Virus record (IMG/VR): IMGVR_UViG_3300044732_000737 | Location: 13,818-77,817 of that record | Source: a virus | Direction: 5' to 3' (one strand) | Length of the DNA: 64,000 bases | Shown: piece after piece, positions 57,328 through 64,000 of the stretch | How the letters are laid out: each line of letters begins with the position of its first letter | Numbering within the stretch: position 1 is the first letter of the stretch | Notes under the pieces: generated by a model | What the model saw: only the letters and a program-made list of their open reading frames with translations | The model's database searches: none | Told to the model about the DNA's origin: nothing | Position numbers and translations under genes: made by a program

Positions 57328-59325
57328 TTAACCTTCACATGCCTTACATTCGTTATCTTCTAGAACTTCACTTGGGGTAGTGAGTTTAGCGTAGAGTTCC
57401 GTAAATCCGCCAACGTACGTTCCATCAAGGTAAACTTGTGGGAGAGAACGCACATCTGCTCTTCCAGTAATTTCTGCTGCTGATTTACCTGTTGTAGTGA
57501 TGTCAACATAAGAATAAGCAATTCCCTTGGACTCAAGCAAGGACTTGGCCATTGTGCATTGGGGGCAGTTTGGTTTTCCATAAATAATAGTTTCTTTAAC
57601 TTCTTTCAATTTGTTTTCCTCAACCTTTTGTGAAACATTTTCAGCACGAACTTTAGCTTCTGTACGTAAATAATACAGACCTTTAAGTCCAGCTTTCCAA
57701 GCATAAATATGAGCATCCTTAACCACAGAGCGATCAGCACCTGCAGGGAAAAACAAGTTTACTGATTGACCTTGACAAATATACTTTTGTCGATCACCAG
57801 CATGCTTAACAATCCAATTCTGATCTAACTCAAAACTAGTTTTAAATACAGCTTTTGCATTATCATCTAAGAAAGGTAGGTGTTGAACTGAACCACTATT
57901 AGTAATAATATTTGACCATACTTCACTCGTATTATGATTAATGCCCTCTAAGTACTGCTCAAGATACTTATTCTTAACTAAGAATGATCCTGCACGAGTA
58001 CGATGAGTGTAAGCATTAGCTTTATTTGGCTCAATAGAAGGTGAGGTTGATAGCAAAATACCAGAGGAGGCATTTGGAGCAATAGCTAACAAATGTGAAT
58101 GACGAATCATTAATGGACTCATATCAGGGGCAGGTCCACGTTTTTCGGCTAGGGAATTAGATACATTCCTTGCCTCAGTTTTAATGTGCTTAAAGATTTC
58201 AATATTTAGCTTACTTGCTGTTTCACTTTCAAAAGGAATAGCTTTACTCTGCAAGTAGTTATGGAAACCCATTGCACCCAGACCAATAGAACGTTCACTC
58301 TTTGCTGAAAGAATAGCCCGATGTAGTGCTGCAGGAGCATTTTCAATAAAGTATTCTAGTACATTGTCTAGCATAGTTACTAAGTCAGCAACCATACTAG
58401 TGTTTTTCCATTGATCAAAGTACTCTAGGTTAACAGAGCTTAAGCAACAAACTGCAGTTCGACCTTCAGACGTAGGTAAATGGATTTCATTACACAGATT
58501 ACTTCCGTGAATTTTTAACCCTTTGCTCTTTAACTGTTGCGGTAATGCATCATTAGCGGTATCGATGAAATTAAGATAAGGCTCACCTGTGCGAAAGCGA
58601 GTCTCCAGTAACTTTCCAAATACTTTTCTAGCATCGAGAAACTCCCCTGTGGGTCCTTTCTTTGGATCAACAAGTTCATATTCTCTACCTTCTTTGACAG
58701 CTTCCATGAAAGCATCAGTGATATTAATAGCGTTGTGTAGGTTAAGGCACTTACGATTGTTGTCGCCTGTGGGTACCCTAATACTAACAAATTCAAGAAT
58801 ATCAGGGTGGTCAATATCGAGATATGCAGCATAAGATCCTTTGCGTGTTTTGCCTTGCCTGTAGGCAGTCATGTCAGCATCGATAGTACTCAGAAAGGGT
58901 ATCGGGCCAGGAGCAATGTCAGACACGCTGCGAATGTCACTCCAATGACCGCCAACACCGCCTCCCATAACTGAAAGCCAACGAATTTCAGAGCTATGAT
59001 CGATAAGACCAGGAACAGTATCGGGTACATAAGTTAGAAAACATGAGATTGGCATACCTTTACCTTTACCGTCAATGTCAGGTGCATTAGACAAAACTGG
59101 TGAGGCAAACATAAACCATTTGTTAGAAATATAGTCATACAGTCTTTGAGCTAAAGCTAAATCTGTTTGACCTTTAAATGTGCTCCATGCACGACATGCC
59201 CTTGCATAAACTTGTTGTGGTGAAGTTTCAGCACTCTGTGCATAAAACTCTAAGACCATGTCAAAGGCATAGTCTGTTAAAAGATTATCCTTTTCTAAAT
59301 CAATTTCAATGTCGTAGTATTTCAT
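57328..59325 (-). CDS. nrdA: Ribonucleotide reductase class I alpha subunit with in-frame glutaredoxin domain
   Basis: PISCF, SNLCNEI, VCCLSS, GLYYLR, terminal CKAC; Grx CPQC...SLPQV...VGGF at 57382-57591; start 59325. Confidence 0.95.
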   Translation of the reverse strand: MKYYDIEIDLEKDNLLTDYAFDMVLEFYAQSAETSPQQVYARACRAWSTFKGQTDLALAQRLYDYISNKWFMFASPVLSNAPDIDGKGKGMPISCFLTYVPDTVPGLIDHSSEIRWLSVMGGGVGGHWSDIRSVSDIAPGPIPFLSTIDADMTAYRQGKTRKGSYAAYLDIDHPDILEFVSIRVPTGDNNRKCLNLHNAINITDAFMEAVKEGREYELVDPKKGPTGEFLDARKVFGKLLETRFRTGEPYLNFIDTANDALPQQLKSKGLKIHGSNLCNEIHLPTSEGRTAVCCLSSVNLEYFDQWKNTSMVADLVTMLDNVLEYFIENAPAALHRAILSAKSERSIGLGAMGFHNYLQSKAIPFESETASKLNIEIFKHIKTEARNVSNSLAEKRGPAPDMSPLMIRHSHLLAIAPNASSGILLSTSPSIEPNKANAYTHRTRAGSFLVKNKYLEQYLEGINHNTSEVWSNIITNSGSVQHLPFLDDNAKAVFKTSFELDQNWIVKHAGDRQKYICQGQSVNLFFPAGADRSVVKDAHIYAWKAGLKGLYYLRTEAKVRAENVSQKVEENKLKEVKETIIYGKPNCPQCTMAKSLLESKGIAYSYVDITTTGKSAAEITGRADVRSLPQVYLDGTYVGGFTELYAKLTTPSEVLEDNECKACEG

Positions 59326-59344
59326 TATTTTCTTATTTTTATTG

Positions 59345-59545
59345 TTAGGCATTAAAGCAAGATCCAGGACGCAGTAGTATCTCTGCAATCTTGCCATTCA
59401 TCGACTCATCTGAAACACATATAAATGCAGCAATATCGTAGTCAGTAAAGACACCTAATGCTGTTTCACATTCTTCATAATTATCATATATAAACTCACT
59501 ATACTGTCTAACTGATTCATCGTAGGCAAATATGGCGTATCTCAT
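59345..59545 (-). CDS. Hypothetical protein
   Basis: 66 aa, ATGA overlap with primase-helicase. Confidence 0.6.
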   Translation of the reverse strand: MRYAIFAYDESVRQYSEFIYDNYEECETALGVFTDYDIAAFICVSDESMNGKIAEILLRPGSCFNA

Positions 59546-61170
59546 ATTGTTAAATCCTCAAATGAATCACTGTTGATTAGTCTGCCAGTATCTTCTATAA
59601 ACCTGTATTGACCCATTGGACCAGTTCTACCTGTCCAACGATCTTTTAAAACCCATAATTTACTTGTATGGCGTTGAATAGGATCAGTTTCTAGCTTGTT
59701 ACGGCTAATAGCAATTAGTTGTGCACCAATCTGCTTTAATGAACCTGAGCCTTTTAAGTCATCATCGGAAGGTACAGCACCCTCTTCAAAGGACTTTTGG
59801 TTATTGTTTGTCTTTCTTAGGTGACTAACAACACCAATCCATACACTATGGCGTTTAGCTAACTTTAGTAGATCAGACATAAGCTTATCTGTAGCTCGAT
59901 TTACATCGTTATCTTCAGCATCTGATACTGCAATAGTAATGTGATCAAGGTAAATAAACTTACAACCACTTAAAGCCATAAACTCCATCTTATCAATCAA
60001 TGAATCATCTCCCATAGAACCTTGATGGTCTAAGAACATAATTCTACCTGTACCCATAGTCTCTGACCAAGCGGTACGCTCTTCATCTTCACCGACTTCA
60101 ACATCAGGTAATTGGATACGCTTATTCAAGTGTAATGCCATAATACCTTCAACTGTTTCAGAGACACTTTCCTCTAAAGAACAAATACCAATTTTTTCAT
60201 TTGTTGTTTGAAGTAAATGATACTGATCTTCTTTTAAGAATGAACTCTTACCCATACCTGTACCTGAGCAAAGTACAGTAATAGAACCTAAGCATCTACC
60301 ATAAATCTTTTTGTTAAGTTCTACGGCAAAGTCTGGCCAAGGTACATAGTCAATCTCTGATTCTGCTTTGTATAAATCCCAAGTATCTGCTGAGTTAACA
60401 ATACCTACTGGGCTCCAGGGCTGTGCATCCCATACTTGCCCCAAGACAGCTATATGACCTTCTTTTACATAAAGCTCGTTAGCATCTTTAAACTTAGTAT
60501 TCTTAACAATTTTTACTTTATCAAAGCCAATAATTTTTGCAGCACGATCTGCAGCTTCTTTACCTGGCTCATCATTATCAAACCAAATAACTACTGAATC
60601 AAAACTACGTAGCCAATCACGATTATTGAGTAAAATACTAGTTTGACTTGCAGAGGGGATAGATACTACGGGATACATCTTTTCATATTTATCGAACCAA
60701 GCCTGAGACACTGTTAATGCATCAATCTCACCTTCGGTAATTACTAACTGTTTACCCCCATTACCTGCTTGCATTTGTCCAAATAGACTTTTAATTTTGC
60801 CGATAACTGTAAACTCTTTTGGGAGAATACGTTTCTTATAACCTGTAATCTCATTAATACCATAGGGGTAATAATGTGAATCCACTTCACCCTTTTCATT
60901 TACTGTAACCTTTACATTAAAATGTTCTGTAATTTTCTTTTTGATCTTTCGATCTTCAAAACCTCTTACGGCATAACTAGCAATTTCCTCTAGTGTTTCA
61001 GTACCATAACTTTCCTTTTTAGTTGACACAAAAGTATCCTTTTCTTGATTTGGAAACCATCCTCTGCATGAAAAACAATAGGATGTTCCATCTTCGTATA
61101 CCTGTCTAGCATCACTACTACCACAGTCTTCACTTAGGCATGGTTGATCCTTTACAACTATTTTTCCCAT
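59542..61170 (-). CDS. DNA primase-helicase (T7 gp4-like)
   Basis: Zn finger CLSEDC...CFSC, TOPRIM ITEGEIDA and FDNDEPG, helicase GTGMGKS, IYLDH, VSHLRK, LKGSGSLKQ, LKDRWTG. Confidence 0.95.
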   Translation of the reverse strand: MGKIVVKDQPCLSEDCGSSDARQVYEDGTSYCFSCRGWFPNQEKDTFVSTKKESYGTETLEEIASYAVRGFEDRKIKKKITEHFNVKVTVNEKGEVDSHYYPYGINEITGYKKRILPKEFTVIGKIKSLFGQMQAGNGGKQLVITEGEIDALTVSQAWFDKYEKMYPVVSIPSASQTSILLNNRDWLRSFDSVVIWFDNDEPGKEAADRAAKIIGFDKVKIVKNTKFKDANELYVKEGHIAVLGQVWDAQPWSPVGIVNSADTWDLYKAESEIDYVPWPDFAVELNKKIYGRCLGSITVLCSGTGMGKSSFLKEDQYHLLQTTNEKIGICSLEESVSETVEGIMALHLNKRIQLPDVEVGEDEERTAWSETMGTGRIMFLDHQGSMGDDSLIDKMEFMALSGCKFIYLDHITIAVSDAEDNDVNRATDKLMSDLLKLAKRHSVWIGVVSHLRKTNNNQKSFEEGAVPSDDDLKGSGSLKQIGAQLIAISRNKLETDPIQRHTSKLWVLKDRWTGRTGPMGQYRFIEDTGRLINSDSFEDLTI

Positions 61171-61171
61171 T

Positions 61172-61345
61172 TTAATTGTTTAATACCTTATTAACTGCAA
61201 AACAAGCTGTTGAAATAAAGCTAAGGGCTACAGACATTAGCAAAAAGTCTGATGATCCCCATACCTCTGTTGATAATAGGTTTATAGCCTGTGTGAGAAT
61301 TACTCCTAAAGAACATAAACCAAATACAAAACCAATTAATCTCAT
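61172..61345 (-). CDS. Small membrane protein (57 aa)
   Basis: Below the track cut-off; two hydrophobic segments; fills the gap exactly. Confidence 0.55.
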   Translation of the reverse strand: MRLIGFVFGLCSLGVILTQAINLLSTEVWGSSDFLLMSVALSFISTACFAVNKVLNN

Positions 61346-61788
61346 TTTAAACCTGCCAATTTACTTAATCTCCTACGATGTCTTACTGAGACTACCTCAG
61401 CAGAACGCCATTGAACTTTGTCAATAAAACGGTTATACCAGATATGATTATTGGTAGGTACCTCTACATGGCATTGTGACCATGTTTCCGCCCAACTTAA
61501 ACCACCTCGAGTATAGTACTGTTCTAACACATAAAACTCAAAGGAATCAATACCTCTTTCTTCAATTAGTGCATTAATATCCTTAGATGAACTTGTATAG
61601 ACTCTCCAGTTACTTGGCTTACCTTTATTGATTTTGCCAGTACCTCTGAAGATCTTTTTACCGATATACATCATACCTGTAGTTGTATCTTTGATTAAAT
61701 AGATAAAACCAAAGGCATTCTCATGATCTAATTGTTCAGGAAAGTCCCAGTGCCCGTTATCCTTCTTCTTTGATTTGGAAGTGGTCAT
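61342..61788 (-). CDS. GIY-YIG family nuclease
   Basis: GFIYLIKDTTTGMMYIGKK...WRVYTSSS...AE...WYN. Confidence 0.8.
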   Translation of the reverse strand: MTTSKSKKKDNGHWDFPEQLDHENAFGFIYLIKDTTTGMMYIGKKIFRGTGKINKGKPSNWRVYTSSSKDINALIEERGIDSFEFYVLEQYYTRGGLSWAETWSQCHVEVPTNNHIWYNRFIDKVQWRSAEVVSVRHRRRLSKLAGLK

Positions 61789-62461
61789 TAATATAGCGCC
61801 AGATGTGGATCAACCTGCCATTGGCAAGTAAATAAGGTTTCCACTGGTCACCATAATGTTGTTTGTAAGCATTGATTACTGCTGCCTTTCTTTTATTATT
61901 ATTGTCACAGCCCTCTAAGATCTTATTGGCTTTCACTGGACCTACTTTATTAAGCCCAGGAATATTGTCTACCGCATCGCCAGTAAGTATCTGTCTCCAG
62001 TAGTGAATGTCTGCTGACTCTTCATCTACTTCATAGTATTCATCTTTTCCTGGTTTAAAGTGCTTGCCAGGAATACAATCTAAGTCTTTGTCGATTGTAC
62101 ACACAATATAAGGATCACCATCCCTAATAGCCTCGAGTGACCAAATTCGGAGTAAGTCATCTGCTTCAAATCCGTGGGCAACTACTGCATTAGGGTGCTG
62201 GCAAAACCATTCTTTTAATTCATCAAAATATTCTGATCTATTTTTCTTAGATGCAAGTCTCGAAGGACTCTTTTTATACTCTGAGAAAAATTCTTCTCTC
62301 CAATTATTAGGACCACCAATTGCAATGAGATAGTCAGTGCAAAAGGTGTTTTCAACAACAGCTTGAAGAACTTCGTCTAATTTAATTTTAGCTTCTTCTA
62401 CGTCTTCAGTACCCCAGATAGCCTGATAAAGTAGAACGTCTCCGTCTACTAATGCAATCAT
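61757..62461 (-). CDS. 5'-3' exonuclease (T7 gp6/FEN-like)
   Basis: LVDGD, YK..R, EADD, DKDL, GDAVDNIPGL.KVGPVKA. Confidence 0.92.
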   Translation of the reverse strand: MIALVDGDVLLYQAIWGTEDVEEAKIKLDEVLQAVVENTFCTDYLIAIGGPNNWREEFFSEYKKSPSRLASKKNRSEYFDELKEWFCQHPNAVVAHGFEADDLLRIWSLEAIRDGDPYIVCTIDKDLDCIPGKHFKPGKDEYYEVDEESADIHYWRQILTGDAVDNIPGLNKVGPVKANKILEGCDNNNKRKAAVINAYKQHYGDQWKPYLLANGRLIHIWRYINDHFQIKEEG

Positions 62462-62646
62462 ACTGGGTAAGTTACTTTCTCGTAGCCATATTTCTTAACA
62501 CGAGCAAGGAGCTTTTGGCCTACTTTATTTCGAACTTTGTACTTAATAATTGTAGGACGATCTACAAAGCTAAGATACAAATACTTATCACCTCGTGGAT
62601 AAGTGTATGTTGCTGATGGAACACGATATACTAGTGATTTTTTCAT
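62458..62646 (-). CDS. Hypothetical protein
   Basis: 62 aa, basic, ATGA overlaps. Confidence 0.6.
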   Translation of the reverse strand: MKKSLVYRVPSATYTYPRGDKYLYLSFVDRPTIIKYKVRNKVGQKLLARVKKYGYEKVTYPV

Positions 62647-63059
62647 TTTTGTTGTACTCTTATATTACTGTGGATTAGTGTTAAAATACCTGAATCTGTT
62701 TTATATCTGTCTGAGAAAACAACTCTCTCAACACCAGATTGGATAAGTAATAAGGAACAATTGTCACAAGGAGCAGTTGTTACGTATACTGTTGATCCTC
62801 TTAGACTCAAGCCTTCTGCAGCAGCCTTAGATACAAGGTTTGCTTCGGCATGAATCACATAGGATAATGTTTTATTATACTCATTCTCGCATTTATTAGG
62901 AAAGCCCTTAGGTGTACCATTAAATCCGAAACTGAGTATATTGTTATTTTTTACTGCAATTGCTCCAACTTTACGCTTCTCAGCATAGGACATTAAAGCA
63001 ATTCTTTTCGCTAGATCTAAATAGAGGGAATCATAGCGATCTGTTTTTGCATCCACCAA
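62643..63059 (-). CDS. dCMP deaminase
   Basis: KVGA, GFNGTP, HAEAN, PCDNC motifs. Confidence 0.9.
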   Translation of the reverse strand: MVDAKTDRYDSLYLDLAKRIALMSYAEKRKVGAIAVKNNNILSFGFNGTPKGFPNKCENEYNKTLSYVIHAEANLVSKAAAEGLSLRGSTVYVTTAPCDNCSLLLIQSGVERVVFSDRYKTDSGILTLIHSNIRVQQK

Positions 63060-63508
63060 GGGGCGTTCCTCTTTGTGTATTTCATTAAGTTTATCTTTTC
63101 TGTTAAATAATAGTTTCTATATGATTCAACAGCACTATCTAATTGACAATGCTCAGGCATAGCTAAAGGCGGATCTTTCCACCCTAGTGCTTTAATGTCT
63201 CTTGGTGTAAAGAACAAAGAATCCCTGTGTTCTCGGATTGTTTTATGTTCTTTATTAAATCGATGTGTATACTCTTTACCTAATTCTAGCATAAGGATAT
63301 ATAACCAACTATAATGAGCCACCGATTGTCTAACCCATACAGCTGAAGGATGATTCTGGTGAGTAACTTTATACGGTCCACCGTCACCACATAAGTGATG
63401 AGCAGTAGACAATAACTGAGCTGACTCTAGAATCATCTTTACTACATGGGTATCGTAGTGACCCTTAGCACATTCTGCAGGGTCCTTATCTAAGAAGAAG
63501 ACATTCAT
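63017..63508 (-). CDS. Pyrimidine-dimer DNA glycosylase-like protein
   Basis: MNVFFLD..P..CA..H.D.HVVKMILESAQLL...THQNHPS..W...EYTHRF.K.H. Confidence 0.75.
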   Translation of the reverse strand: MNVFFLDKDPAECAKGHYDTHVVKMILESAQLLSTAHHLCGDGGPYKVTHQNHPSAVWVRQSVAHYSWLYILMLELGKEYTHRFNKEHKTIREHRDSLFFTPRDIKALGWKDPPLAMPEHCQLDSAVESYRNYYLTEKINLMKYTKRNAPWWMQKQIAMIPSI

Positions 63509-63999
63509 GCTTCGTATACTGGTATATAATTAGGATATTTAGCCTGAATTTTAGCAATATATCTTGGATCGCTATTCTTCTTAATTAGATTGACTTGGAA
63601 TTGTTTACCAATATCAAACTCCATAGTGGTCTCTAGCCTATATGCATCGGAGTTAAGAGTATAATCCCAACTATGATCACGCACATAATATGCCTGAGAC
63701 AAACTACAATGGAAAGTGTATAACATTTCTAAAGGTGTTCTATCACACAATACAATCTGTATTGGCATAAAACAATTCTTTACGTTTAATACTCCAAGGA
63801 CCCCATTGTCTTTACTATGCATATAATAGGAGTCATTAGTAACATCCTCAATCTCATTATGCTCAAGACTTAATGCTTGAGTAATACGAGCAATAGTACT
63901 ATCTTTGCTTTCCATAGGAAATGGACGAAGGTAAACGTCCAGATCTTTAGCTACCTTACCTAAAGCCCAATCTCTGGGTGCTCCGCCTAAAAGACAAGA
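63505..63999 (-). CDS. Nucleotidyltransferase (CCA-adding/poly(A) polymerase head-like), 5' end outside window
   Basis: The frame of the 136-aa track ORF stays open to the window edge and reads SCLLGGAPRDWALGKVAKDLDVY, the GGxxRD...DxD motif. Confidence 0.75.
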   Translation of the reverse strand, partial: SCLLGGAPRDWALGKVAKDLDVYLRPFPMESKDSTIARITQALSLEHNEIEDVTNDSYYMHSKDNGVLGVLNVKNCFMPIQIVLCDRTPLEMLYTFHCSLSQAYYVRDHSWDYTLNSDAYRLETTMEFDIGKQFQVNLIKKNSDPRYIAKIQAKYPNYIPVYEA

Positions 64000-64000
64000 G

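Larger units (their letters stand above)
1..64000 (-). mobile_element. Segment of a tailed phage genome (siphovirus-type morphogenesis, T7-like replication/transcription enzymes)
   Basis: Terminase, portal, capsid, tail tube, tape measure, fibres, lysis and replication genes, all co-oriented and tightly packed. No host genes, integrase or sheath gene seen. Confidence 0.97.

Noticed and set aside
61176-61427. Plus-strand 83-aa ORF
   Set aside because: Opposite to all other genes; a minus-strand 57-aa membrane ORF fills the same gap with coupled ends.

Overview
The whole window is one segment of a tailed dsDNA phage genome, siphovirus-type, AT-rich, with essentially all genes on the minus strand. 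The host is inferred to be Gram-negative because spanins are present. In transcription order (right to left) it carries: a nucleotidyltransferase fragment, DNA repair, nucleotide metabolism and T7-like replication genes (exonuclease, primase-helicase, NrdA with a fused glutaredoxin, NrdB), ClpP, many small accessory ORFs, and a SleB-type hydrolase. The late region follows: terminase, a tRNA-like RNA, lysis genes, PhoH, portal, head, long non-contractile tail and very large tail fibres. The main observation is the 1478-aa ORF between portal and scaffold. It is a complete MuF/SPP1-gp7-type minor head protein fused in frame to a T7/SP6-family single-subunit RNA polymerase with its catalytic residues intact, so it is a candidate virion-packaged RNA polymerase. 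Four copies of a 23-bp SP6-like promoter (YACCAGGKGACGCTAAAGAGARA) sit in intergenic spaces ahead of late genes, one of them upstream of the polymerase gene itself. All family assignments are by-eye motif recognition; no searches were run.
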